In this document: one piece after another, positions 47,184 through 56,201 of the stretch
How positions within the stretch are numbered: position 1 is the stretch's first letter
Layout: every line of letters begins with the position of its first letter
DNA from: an uncultured Actinomycetota bacterium
GTDB taxonomy: Bacteria; Actinomycetota; Actinomycetes; Actinomycetales; JAHECE01
Length of the DNA stretch: 64,000 nt
Assembly (NCBI GenBank): GCA_963780675.1
Contig: CAWACR010000003.1
Span: forward strand, 981,454 to 1,045,453
Reading direction: 5' to 3'
Translations under genes and position numbers: made by a program
The notes under the pieces: model-generated
What the model was told of the DNA's origin: nothing
Databases searched by the model: none
Seen by the model: the letters and a program-made list of their open reading frames with translations, nothing else

Positions 47184-48145
47184 AGGCCATCGTCCAGGAC
47201 GCCTACGGGACGGCCGACGTGCTGCGGCTCGCCGCGATCGACCCACCCACGATCGGCGCCGACGACGTCCTCGTCCGGGTGCGCGCCGTCGGCATCGACC
47301 CGGGCCTGTGGCACCTCATGGTCGGGACCCCGTACCTGCCCCGCCTCGCCTTCGGGCTCCGCGCGCCGAGGAACCCCGTCCCGGGATCGGCATTCGCCGG
47401 TACCGTCGAGACGGTCGGGGCGACGGTCACCGGCCTGGCGCCGGGCGATCCGGTGTACGGCGTCTGTACCGGCGCTCTCGGCGAGTACGCGCGGGCTCGA
47501 GCCGGCAAGATCGCCCGCACGCCGGCCACCCTCACCTTCGAGCAGGCGGCCGCCGTACCGATCTCCGCCGTCACGGCGCTGCAGGGGCTCCGCGACGTCG
47601 GGAAGGTCCGAGCCGGGCAGTCCGTCCTGGTGATCGGCGCGGCGGGCGGCGTGGGCGCGTACGCGGTGCAACTCGCGAAAGCCTTCGGCGCGCACGTCAC
47701 CGGCGCGTGCAGCACCGCGAAGGTGAACCTCGTGCGCTCCCTCGGCGCGGACGAGGTCCTCGACTACACGCGCGAGGACGTCACCGACGGCACCCGCCGG
47801 TTCGATCTCATCCTCGACACCGCGGGCAGCCGGCCGCTTTCGCACCTGCGCCGCGCCCTCACGCCGCGGGGAACCCTCGTGATCGTGGGCGGGGAGGGCG
47901 GCGGGAAGGTGCTCGGCATCGGCCGCCAGTTGCGCGCCGTCGCGGTCTCCCCCTTCCTCAGGCAGAACCTCCGGATGCTCGTCTCGGTCGAGAAGCGTGC
48001 GGACCTCGAGACGCTCGCGGCACTGATCGACGACGGCGCCGTCCGCCCCGTCGTCGACCGGGCCTACCCGCTGGCCGAGGCGGCCGAAGCCATCCGGCAC
48101 TGGGAGTCGGGCACGGTCCGCGGCAAGGTGGTCGTCACGGTCTGA
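47180..48145 (+). CDS. zinc-independent MDR-family NAD(P)H:quinone oxidoreductase-like protein
   Basis: MKAIVQDAYG... with the nucleotide-binding VLVIGAAGGVGAYAVQLAK and the C-terminal GKVVVT. The start overlaps the XRE stop (ATGA). Confidence 0.75.
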   Translation: MKAIVQDAYGTADVLRLAAIDPPTIGADDVLVRVRAVGIDPGLWHLMVGTPYLPRLAFGLRAPRNPVPGSAFAGTVETVGATVTGLAPGDPVYGVCTGALGEYARARAGKIARTPATLTFEQAAAVPISAVTALQGLRDVGKVRAGQSVLVIGAAGGVGAYAVQLAKAFGAHVTGACSTAKVNLVRSLGADEVLDYTREDVTDGTRRFDLILDTAGSRPLSHLRRALTPRGTLVIVGGEGGGKVLGIGRQLRAVAVSPFLRQNLRMLVSVEKRADLETLAALIDDGAVRPVVDRAYPLAEAAEAIRHWESGTVRGKVVVTV

Positions 48146-48433
48146 ACCTCGGCGGACTCACGGCGCCACGATTTCCTCGCCGACGACGGCGTCCGCCCCC
48201 TCCCGGTCGACGAACCGTTCGGCGAGGGTCGCCGCCGCGAGCGGCCCGGGCAGCGCGGCGGATAACGTCCGGGCCGCGACGGGTCATGTGAATTCGCTAC
48301 GTCGCGTCGTTCCGACGGCTTCGCGCCTCGCCCGGCAACGGGCGCCCGCGCCTGTCCCCCCAGGCGTACGGTCGTGAATGACGGCCGTGCCCGCGGTGCC
48401 GCGCCCCTCCGGTCGTCCGGTCACCAGAGAGGG

Positions 48434-48889
48434 ATGAGGGCGGTGGCGAAAGAGACGCGCACGATCGTCGTCGATGCGCCGGTGGAGAAGGTCTTCGACT
48501 TCGCGAAGGACGTGGGCAGGCTCTGGGCCTGCCATCCGGACGTGGCTGTCCGCGACGTCCGGCTCACCCCCGACGGCGTCGGGACGAGTGCCCAGTGGTT
48601 CCTCCGGGTCATGGGCTTCGTGGTCGAGGGACGCGTCGAGTACACCGAGGTCGTGCCCGATCAGCGCATCCGCGCGGTGTCGAGCAAGGGCCCCGTGTTC
48701 GACATGGCCTTCCAACCGACCGACGGCGCCACGACCGTCAGGCTGGACATCGAGTGGCACGAGAACGTGCCCGTGGTCGGAGGTCTCATCGAGGGCTGGG
48801 AGGCCAAGCGGACCGCGAAGGACCTCGACGAGATGCTGGCGGCCGTCAAAACCCAGATCGAGGGGGCCGGCGCGCCGTCGTCGACCTAG
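48434..48889 (+). CDS. SRPBCC family protein
   Basis: ATG at 48434 follows AGAGAGGG (MRAVAKETRTIVVDAPVEKVFDFAKDVGRLW...). A decayed partial copy lies at 50556-50767. Confidence 0.6.
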   Translation: MRAVAKETRTIVVDAPVEKVFDFAKDVGRLWACHPDVAVRDVRLTPDGVGTSAQWFLRVMGFVVEGRVEYTEVVPDQRIRAVSSKGPVFDMAFQPTDGATTVRLDIEWHENVPVVGGLIEGWEAKRTAKDLDEMLAAVKTQIEGAGAPSST

Positions 48890-48910
48890 CGCAGCCGGGC
48901 GCCGTCGTCG

Positions 48911-48979
48911 GGCCACTGCGGAGACATTCCTGCGCCAGGTGAACGAAAGGTTCCGCACGACGGCCGACGACGGCGCCCC
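48911..48979. repeat. 69-nt exact repeat, copy 1 (copy 2 at 50790-50858)
   Basis: ggccactgcggagacattcctgcgccaggtgaacgaaaggttccgcacgacggccgacgacggcgcccc is identical at both loci. It contains TGCGGA...TCCGCA inverted arms. Confidence 0.9.
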
Positions 48980-49023
48980 TGGGATCCGCGCCCGGCGCGG
49001 CGCGCACGTGGTGCATGACCAGG

Positions 49024-49704
49024 TCAGCGCCCGGCAGCCTCGGCCCTGACCGGCTGAGGTCGGCGCTCGAGGGGGTGCGAACCCATCGCGCGATGGGCCC
49101 AGGTCCTCTCGACTGGCATCAGGTGGTCGAACTCGGCGCTGTACCGCTCTGCCATGCCTGGGTTCACCGCGACGACGTGGAGCGTCCAGCCGTAGCCGTC
49201 GCAGACCTCGCGGACATGATCAACGATCTCGGCACGGAGCCTGTAGCCCCAGCCGCGCCCGGGCTGCGCCGCCACGTGGTCCTCGACCAGCAGCCCGGAG
49301 GGCACGCGCCGGAGGCGGATCGCGCTCAGGACCGAAGGCTCCCCCTCTCCGCCTTCGAGGACGTACGAGACCGCGGAGGTGGTCTGGCGGACGGTGCGGA
49401 GTCCTGAGACGGCGGGCTGGAGGATGGCCAGCCCGATCCAGACCAGCGTCACGATGGCGAACCACGCCATGAGCGAGAGCCCGAGCCAGGGGGTCGGTGC
49501 GGTCATCCCGGCGGGAGCGACCGCGTACCACGCGGCGCAGATGCCCGCGATGCCCGGGGGAACCGATGCAGCCAGCCGACCGAACCGCCCCCGGAGCACA
49601 TTGGTCCGCGAGCCACCGTAGTAGGCACGCACGACGGCCCGACGGTCTGCCCTCGTGGGACGCCGGGCCGCGCCGAGCCGGTCCGGGAACTGTTCTGCGG
49701 GCAT
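49024..49704 (-). CDS. membrane-anchored protein with a GNAT-like C-terminal part
   Basis: ATG at 49704. Two or three TM helices (IAGICAAWYAV, LGLSLMAWFAIVTLVWIGLAIL) are followed by an acetyl-CoA-binding-like QPGRGWGYRL. The assignment is weak. Confidence 0.4.
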   Translation of the reverse strand: MPAEQFPDRLGAARRPTRADRRAVVRAYYGGSRTNVLRGRFGRLAASVPPGIAGICAAWYAVAPAGMTAPTPWLGLSLMAWFAIVTLVWIGLAILQPAVSGLRTVRQTTSAVSYVLEGGEGEPSVLSAIRLRRVPSGLLVEDHVAAQPGRGWGYRLRAEIVDHVREVCDGYGWTLHVVAVNPGMAERYSAEFDHLMPVERTWAHRAMGSHPLERRPQPVRAEAAGR

Positions 49705-49861
49705 GTCTCGATCGCCTCTCGACGTGGGTTGTCGAATTGCAGGCTACGACGACGAGCAGTGGGTGTTCACCGTGGCGCCGAGTCCTGTGGACGGTCATGG
49801 ACCAGGTCTACGGCTGGTGAAGGGGCGCACCGCCGCGGCGACGTCGCACTCGGCGGTGGAC

Positions 49862-50299
49862 CTAACGCGCCTTCCGACGGCTCGCCCGCCACGCCGTCCA
49901 CGCTCCCGTGGACCATAACGCCCACGCGACGAGGAGTGGCTGGAAGAAGAGCCGGACCAGCCGCGCCTGGTCCGAGTCCAGCCCGAACGCGTCGGTCCGG
50001 GTCACGTACTGCGAGATGTTGCCCGGGAAGATCGCCACGAAGAACGCCGCGACGATCCACCCGATCGCGATGCGACACCTGGGCAGGGCGATCAGCGCCG
50101 CCCCCAGCGCCAGCTCGACGACACCGGAGGCCACCACGACGGCGTCAGGTTCCGCCGGCACCCACGGCGGCACCTGGGCTTGGAACTCTTCGCGCTGCGT
50201 GGTGAGGTGGGCGGTACCCGCGAGCAGGAGCGCGCCGCCGAGGGCGATCCGTCCGAGCGTCCTCACCGTCGAAGAGCGCGGTGTCGGCGACGGGGCCAT
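49862..50299 (-). CDS. DoxX-like small membrane protein
   Basis: ATG at 50299 follows AAGGAGA. It has four hydrophobic helices (RIALGGALLLAGTAHL, VVELALGAALIA). Confidence 0.55.
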   Translation of the reverse strand: MAPSPTPRSSTVRTLGRIALGGALLLAGTAHLTTQREEFQAQVPPWVPAEPDAVVVASGVVELALGAALIALPRCRIAIGWIVAAFFVAIFPGNISQYVTRTDAFGLDSDQARLVRLFFQPLLVAWALWSTGAWTAWRASRRKAR

Positions 50300-50555
50300 G
50301 GGGTCTCCTTGCGGAGTGGGGATCGAGGCGAGCGGACGTCACCAGTGTGGTCTTCAGCGAACGGTCCCATCCCCCGTCCGGCGTCACGTGCAGGTTGACC
50401 TTTGGTACTGGGCGTCGTCGCCGCGCACGTCGAGCGAGGTCGAGTCGGCGCGACGTCGCGGATGCGAGTCCCCGACTCGGCGTCGTTCCGACGACTTCGC
50501 GCGCCTCGCCCGGCGATGCCTGCCCGCTTCCGTCGCCCCGGGCGTACGGTCGAAA

Positions 50556-50767
50556 GGCGAGCAGGGGGCCGGTGTTCGACTTCACCTTCACCCCGACCAA
50601 CGGCGCCACGGCTGTCACGCTCGTCTGCGAGTGGCACCACAAGGTGCCGGTCGTCAGCGGTCTCCATCGAGGACTGGGAGACCAGGCGGTCCGCCAAGGA
50701 CCTCGACGAGATGCTTGCGACCCTGCAGGCCCAGGTCGAGGGCGGCGGCGCGCCGCCGGCGGAGTAG
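50556..50767 (+). pseudogene. 5'-truncated, frameshifted copy of the SRPBCC gene at 48434-48889
   Basis: GPVFDFTFTPTNGATAVTLVCEWHHKVPVVSGL, then after a 1-nt slip near 50664, IEDWETRRSAKDLDEMLATLQAQVEGGGAPPAE. Compare GPVFDMAFQPTDGATTVRLDIEWHENVPVVGGLIEGWEAKRTAKDLDEMLAAVKTQIEGAGAPSST in the intact gene. Confidence 0.75.
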
Positions 50768-50789
50768 CCGCGGACAGGCGCCGTCGCCA

Positions 50790-50858
50790 GGCCACTGCGG
50801 AGACATTCCTGCGCCAGGTGAACGAAAGGTTCCGCACGACGGCCGACGACGGCGCCCC
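50790..50858. repeat. 69-nt exact repeat, copy 2
   Basis: Identical to 48911-48979. A diverged third copy (about two thirds identical by my hand alignment) lies at ~50951-51015. Confidence 0.9.
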
Positions 50859-51259
50859 GGCACGGCGGCGTCGTCGTCGGGGAGGATCTCGCGGAGCCTT
50901 CTAGGGCCGCGGCCTCCGCGGGGCTCGCGGGCTCGCGGGCGCGCCGAGCCGGCCCTGTGCGGAAGGAATCTTGCGCCGGGCGCACGCGAGTTTCCGCACG
51001 GGCGTCGCCGACGGGAACCCGTCCGCGCTCATCCCTTCCCATTGAGGAATTAGGGGCGTACTGTTTGCCCGGTCATTACTCGAACATGGAGGTTTCGTCA
51101 TGATGCGACAGGACCACCGACTGGGCCGCGACGGAGCGGGCGAGAACGACGACGACTCCCTGGGCTGAACCTGGCCCGGACTTGACGCGGCACCGCGCGC
51201 AAACACCGCCCGCGAGCCCCGTCCCCGAAAGCCTCCCGCGCGTGCCTACGATCGTCGCT

Positions 51260-51703
51260 ATGACCCCCGACCTACCCGTCACCGTCGACGATCTGCCCAC
51301 GGACCCCGACGTCGCGTACCAGCCCGGGGTCTGCAACATCGGCACCGCGGACGTTGCGTTGCGGCGGCGCTCCGGCCACCTCGCCGCCGCCGCGACCGTC
51401 GGGCTCCTCGGCGCTCTCGTGGTGACGCGCGCCCCCCGCGTCACCCGCCTGCTCGTCGCCGTCCCGGCTGCCTCCGCGGCGTCCGGCTACATCCAGGCAC
51501 GCTCACACTTCTGCGCGGCGTACGGCTCCGCGGGCCTCTACAACTTCGGCGCCCTGGGCAGCCGCCAGACGGTGGCCGACGCCGCCGCCCGCGCCCTCGA
51601 CGCCGCCCGCGCCCGCGGGATCGGGCTGCAGAGCCTCGCCGTCGGACTTGCCGTGGCGGGCCTGGCCGTCGCATTGCCCGGCCCACGCCACCACCGCCAC
51701 TGA
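51260..51703 (+). CDS. hypothetical membrane protein
   Basis: ATG at 51260 (MTPDLPVTVDDLPTDPDVAYQPGVCNIGTADVALRRR...). It has two hydrophobic helices. I recognise no family. Confidence 0.45.
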   Translation: MTPDLPVTVDDLPTDPDVAYQPGVCNIGTADVALRRRSGHLAAAATVGLLGALVVTRAPRVTRLLVAVPAASAASGYIQARSHFCAAYGSAGLYNFGALGSRQTVADAAARALDAARARGIGLQSLAVGLAVAGLAVALPGPRHHRH

Positions 51704-51714
51704 AGGGGGCGGCT

Positions 51715-52683
51715 ATGGCAACGGGCCCAGGGATCCCCGGAGCCAGCGGCCAGGTCTCGACGGCGATCGAGGTGGACGGCGCGAGGTTCGGCGAGGGCGG
51801 CTTCCGGCGGACCGTCGACCGGTTCACGGCCGCGGCCTTCACGGCGGACGCGGACGCCGTCGGCCGGCTCCTCCCGACCCCCACCCTGCGGCCGCTGCGG
51901 ATCTCGCCGCGTCGCGCCGTCGTCTTCGCCTACGGCGCGACCTACGAGTGGCACATGGGCTCGCTGCCGCCGTTCCGGAGCGGGGAGATGGCCCTGCTCG
52001 CGCTCGTCACGCGCGGTCCGGCGTCGTCACCTCCCCTCCTGCCGTTCCTCGGGAACCGCAGCACCCGGCTGTCGGAGCGGTACGGGGTCGGCTCCGTCTT
52101 CCTCGAGGTCGGGACCACCAACCGCGTGGCGCGCGAGGTGTACCGGCGCGCGTTCGGGCTGCCGGCATTCCTCGCCGACGTCCGCAACGACCAATGGCCG
52201 GGTTCGGACCGGTTCCGGTGCACCGAGGCGGGGCGGCTCGTCCTCGACCTCACCGTCCACGCGGACGTCCGCCCGCGCCGGATCACCGACCGCACCTGGG
52301 TCTACGGATCGCGGGACGGCGCGATCACCGGCTTCCCCAACACCGACTCCGGCTCGGTGCGGCGGCGCTTCGCACCTGGCGCTGCGCGGCTCGACCTCGG
52401 TGACCACCCCGCCGCGGCGCGCCTGCGCGGCCTGAGCATCTCGCCGCGCTCGCTCTTCGGCGACATCTGGACGGGCGGGCTGTCGGTGCCGGGACCGATC
52501 CAGGTCCTCGGGCGGGCGGAGTGGCCGGGAACCGCCCACGAGGGGACCGACCGCGCGCAGGGGCAACTCGTGGTGAGCCGGGTGCCCGGGGAAGACGTCG
52601 AGGTGGACCAGGGTCTGGGTGGTCTGCCGTTCGACCCCATGGGCGCGTTCGGAATCGATCCGCTGCCAGGACGCGGGACGTAA
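51715..52683 (+). CDS. hypothetical protein
   Basis: ATG at 51715 follows GAAGGGGG, 11 nt after the previous stop, giving 322 aa. No motif I can name with confidence. Confidence 0.45.
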   Translation: MATGPGIPGASGQVSTAIEVDGARFGEGGFRRTVDRFTAAAFTADADAVGRLLPTPTLRPLRISPRRAVVFAYGATYEWHMGSLPPFRSGEMALLALVTRGPASSPPLLPFLGNRSTRLSERYGVGSVFLEVGTTNRVAREVYRRAFGLPAFLADVRNDQWPGSDRFRCTEAGRLVLDLTVHADVRPRRITDRTWVYGSRDGAITGFPNTDSGSVRRRFAPGAARLDLGDHPAAARLRGLSISPRSLFGDIWTGGLSVPGPIQVLGRAEWPGTAHEGTDRAQGQLVVSRVPGEDVEVDQGLGGLPFDPMGAFGIDPLPGRGT

Positions 52684-52703
52684 CCGCCGTCCGCGCGACT
52701 CCG

Positions 52704-53831
52704 TCAGGACGCCAGCGCCGGACGAGGTCCGACGCCGTGCCCGCGCCGCGTCGTCGGCCCCACCGGTGCGCCTCCGAGCGCGATCACCCGCCGATAGAGG
52801 GCGAGGTAGTCGTCGACCATCCGGCGCGCGGAGAATCGGACCTCGACGTCGGCCCGGCACGCGGCGCGGTCAATCCGGGACACCTCGCCCAGGGCACGAG
52901 CGGCGTCCTGGACGTCGTCCACGAGGAAGCCCGTGACGCCGTCGCGGACGATCTCGGGCGCGGCACCACGCGGGAAGCTGATCACCGGCGTCCCGCAGGC
53001 CAGGGACTCGATCATCACGAGCCCGAAGGGCTCGTCCCACTGGATCGGGTTGACCAGGGCGAGGGACCCCGCCAGTTCGCGGTCGCGCTCCTGCGGGCTG
53101 ATCTCCCCGAGATAGACGACGTCGGTACCGAGTTCCGGCTCGATCCTTGCCTCGAAGTACGCCTTCTCGTCGGGCTCCCGCATCTTGCCGGCGATCCGCA
53201 ACGGCACCCCCGCCCGGCGGGCGATCTCGATGGCGAGGTGCGCCCCCTTCTCGACGGTGAACCTCCCCAGGAACAACGCGTAACCTCCGCCGCCGGTACC
53301 CACCCGGATGCGGTCGGTGTCGAGCCCGTGGTGGATCACCGCGCTCACCTGCGCCTCTCCGGCGCGCGAACGGTGGTCCTCGGAGATCGCGACCACGGCC
53401 ACGCCGAGGCGAGCGGCCGCCGCGTAGAGCGCCCGGGCCTCGCGGGTGAACTCGCCGTGATTCGTCGCCACGACCGGCGGCATCCCGGGCCGTCCCCCGG
53501 CCCACAAGGGGCCGGCGTTCGTGTGGTCGTGGACGACGTCGCAGCCGGCGAGCGTCTCGTAGGCGCTCGTCACCTGGAAGAGTTCGGGGATCACCGCCCC
53601 CATCGGGGTCATCGGGTGCTCGTAGACCCAGGCGCGCGGCACGGGGCACGTCGCATCCCCGACCGTGAAGAGGGTGACGTCATGGCCCCGGGCGTGAAGT
53701 CCGCGCGCCAGCGTGTCGATGACGCCCTCGGTGCCTCCGTAGTGGGTGGGCGGAACGGGAACCCACGGTGCCGCCACCAGCCCGATGCGCAACCGGTCCG
53801 GGGCCTTGCCGCCAACGGCACGGGCGGGCAT
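52704..53831 (-). CDS. GT4-family glycosyltransferase
   Basis: ATG at 53831 lies 5 nt after GGGAGG (alternative ATG at 53870). YGGTEGVIDTLARGL is present, with the EX7E-type region EPFGLVMIESLACGTPVI. Confidence 0.8.
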   Translation of the reverse strand: MPARAVGGKAPDRLRIGLVAAPWVPVPPTHYGGTEGVIDTLARGLHARGHDVTLFTVGDATCPVPRAWVYEHPMTPMGAVIPELFQVTSAYETLAGCDVVHDHTNAGPLWAGGRPGMPPVVATNHGEFTREARALYAAAARLGVAVVAISEDHRSRAGEAQVSAVIHHGLDTDRIRVGTGGGGYALFLGRFTVEKGAHLAIEIARRAGVPLRIAGKMREPDEKAYFEARIEPELGTDVVYLGEISPQERDRELAGSLALVNPIQWDEPFGLVMIESLACGTPVISFPRGAAPEIVRDGVTGFLVDDVQDAARALGEVSRIDRAACRADVEVRFSARRMVDDYLALYRRVIALGGAPVGPTTRRGHGVGPRPALAS

Positions 53832-54017
53832 CTCGGCCTCCCGTCTCTCGTCATCGATCCGTCCCTCCATGGTGTCACCGAGCTGCCGATTGCGCAGCCC
53901 CCTAGGTCCAACTCGGGGTGGCCGTCCCGAAGGCCGGCCCCTTTGCGCCGTCCACCCCGTTGACCCGTGTGGTTCGCTTCTGTCACGGGAGCCATCAGCC
54001 ACGAAGGGAGTCGCATC

Positions 54018-56156
54018 GTGGTCCAGGCGTGGGCGTACAGCGGCGGGCCTCCGACCCGCTCCGGGACGGGCGGCTCGGTGACGCTCGTCGAGGGATCGAC
54101 GTTCTGCATCTCGGATGAGTCGGGCGACCTGCACCCCGGTACCGAACAGGGCCTGTACTTCCGTGACACGCGGCTGATCAGCAAGTTCACTTTGCGGATC
54201 GACGGGCGCGCCGCCGAACCGGTGTCGACCCGAGTCGGGGACCCCTTCTCCTGCACGTTCCTCGCGCGCCGCCGGCCGCGTCTGGGGCTTGCCGACAGCA
54301 CCCTGCTCGTCGTCCGTGAGCGGCGCCTCGGCGACGGATTGCGCGAGACCATCTCGATGCGCAACCTGGGCGACGAGCCGACCGCCGTGACGCTGATGCT
54401 CCATGTCGACGCCGATTTCGCGGACCTCTTCGAGGTCAAGGAGAGCCGGGTCGAGCCCCGCGTGGGCATCACCGTGACGGCCGACGACGGCGACATCACC
54501 TTCACGCTGCGACAGGCGCACCACAGTCGCGGGGTGAGCGTCTCGGCACCGGGCGCCCTGGCTCTCGATTCCGGAACCCTGACCTGGCAGGTCGCCGTCC
54601 CCGCCAAGGGCGTGTGGTCGACGTGGGTGCATGTCACGCCCGTGGTGGACGAGCAACCGGTCCCGGCCCATTACCACCCGGGAGACCCCGGAAGGGTGGC
54701 CGAGCCGGCGGCCAGGCTCGCCGAATGGCGCAGCCGGACCCCTCGGATCGCCACACCGGACGCCGCGCTGCGCCGGCTGGTCGAGGTGGGTGTCGAGGAC
54801 CTGGGTTCCCTGCGCATCTTCGACCCCGAGCACCCCGAGCAGGCTGTCGTCGCGGCCGGCGCACCCTGGTTCATGACGCTCTTCGGGCGTGACTCACTGC
54901 TCGCCTCGACGATGCTCCTGCCGTTCGACTCCTCGCTGGCCGTCGGGACGCTACAGACCCTCGCCCGGTACCAGGGCAAGCGGGTGGACGCCCTCACCGA
55001 AGAGGAGCCCGGTCGGATCCTCCACGAGATGCGGTTCGGCCTCGACGCCTCGCTGTCCCTCGGGGGCGGCAACGTCTACTACGGCACGGCGGACGCCACC
55101 CCGCTTTTCGTCATGCTGATGGGCGAGGTGCGGCGCTGGGGAGCCGCCAAGGCGCAGGTCGACGCGCTCCTCCCCCACGCGGACGCCGCGCTGCGATGGA
55201 TCGAGCGCTACGGCGACCGCGACGGCGACGGCTTCGTCGAGTACGTGCGCGCGACCGACCGCGGCCTGGTGAACCAGGGCTGGAAGGACTCGTTCGACGG
55301 GGTGACCTTCGCAAACGGCGAGATCGCGCGTCCCCCGATCGCGTTGGCCGAGGTCCAGGGCTACGTCTACGCGGCCTACCTCGCGCGCGCCCTCCTGGCC
55401 CGTGAGGCGGGCGACGACGCGGCCGATCGGCACTGGACGCAGCGCGCCACTCGCCTGAAGGAAGCGTTCAACGAACGCTTCTGGCTCGAGGAGGTCGGCT
55501 ACTACGCCGTGGGCCTCGATGCGGCCAAACGCCCCATCGACTCGCTGGCCTCGAACATGGGCCACTGCCTGTGGACGGGAATCGTCGACGCGAACCGGGC
55601 CGGCGCCGTCGCCGATCGGCTGGTCGGGCCCGAAATGTTCACGGGATTCGGCGTGCGGACGCTCGCGAGCAGCCAGACGGCCTACAACCCGATGAGCTAC
55701 CACAACGGATCGGTGTGGCCGCACGACAGCGCCATCGCCGCCGCAGGGCTCATGCGCTACGGGTACGTCGAGCACGCGCATCGGGTGGTGCAGGGGCTGC
55801 TGGACGCGGGCGGCCACTTCGGCGGGCGCCTGCCGGAGCTGTTCTGCGGCTTCGACTCCTCGGATTTCACCTTCCCGGTCCCCTACCCCACGTCGTGCTC
55901 GCCCCAGGCGTGGGCCGCGGCCGCACCGTTGCTCCTGCTGCGCACGCTGCTCCGGATCGACCCGGACGTCCCCGCCGGGCGGGTGTGGTTCGCGCCGGCC
56001 GTGCCGCGGCACATGCAGCCCCTGCGGCTCGACGGTCTCCGGGTGGCGGGCGCCGCGCTCTCGATCGAGGTGGATGAGAGGGGCTCCTCGCTGCTCCACC
56101 TGCCCCCGAACCTCGAGGTGTTGCCGGAACCGAGGCCGCCGGCCGGTGCTGGGTAG
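54018..56156 (+). CDS. amylo-alpha-1,6-glucosidase / glycogen-debranching-enzyme-like protein (GDE_N_bis + GDE_C type)
   Basis: GTG at 54018 follows GAAGGGAG. GAPWFMTLFGRDSL, DGDGFVEY, NQGWKDS, EVQGYVY, YHNGSVWPHD and SCSPQAWAA are present. Confidence 0.8.
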   Translation: MVQAWAYSGGPPTRSGTGGSVTLVEGSTFCISDESGDLHPGTEQGLYFRDTRLISKFTLRIDGRAAEPVSTRVGDPFSCTFLARRRPRLGLADSTLLVVRERRLGDGLRETISMRNLGDEPTAVTLMLHVDADFADLFEVKESRVEPRVGITVTADDGDITFTLRQAHHSRGVSVSAPGALALDSGTLTWQVAVPAKGVWSTWVHVTPVVDEQPVPAHYHPGDPGRVAEPAARLAEWRSRTPRIATPDAALRRLVEVGVEDLGSLRIFDPEHPEQAVVAAGAPWFMTLFGRDSLLASTMLLPFDSSLAVGTLQTLARYQGKRVDALTEEEPGRILHEMRFGLDASLSLGGGNVYYGTADATPLFVMLMGEVRRWGAAKAQVDALLPHADAALRWIERYGDRDGDGFVEYVRATDRGLVNQGWKDSFDGVTFANGEIARPPIALAEVQGYVYAAYLARALLAREAGDDAADRHWTQRATRLKEAFNERFWLEEVGYYAVGLDAAKRPIDSLASNMGHCLWTGIVDANRAGAVADRLVGPEMFTGFGVRTLASSQTAYNPMSYHNGSVWPHDSAIAAAGLMRYGYVEHAHRVVQGLLDAGGHFGGRLPELFCGFDSSDFTFPVPYPTSCSPQAWAAAAPLLLLRTLLRIDPDVPAGRVWFAPAVPRHMQPLRLDGLRVAGAALSIEVDERGSSLLHLPPNLEVLPEPRPPAGAG

Positions 56157-56201
56157 ACCCAGGCCACCACACCCTGGCCACGAACCACTCCGGGTCGACG
56201 C

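Noticed and set aside
48146-48290. Short minus-strand coding remnant (..LSAALPGPLAAATLAERFVDREGADAVVGEEIVAP stop).
   Set aside because: It reads like a protein C-terminus, but it has no start codon, an in-frame stop lies just upstream, and I recognise no family. The evidence is too weak to annotate.
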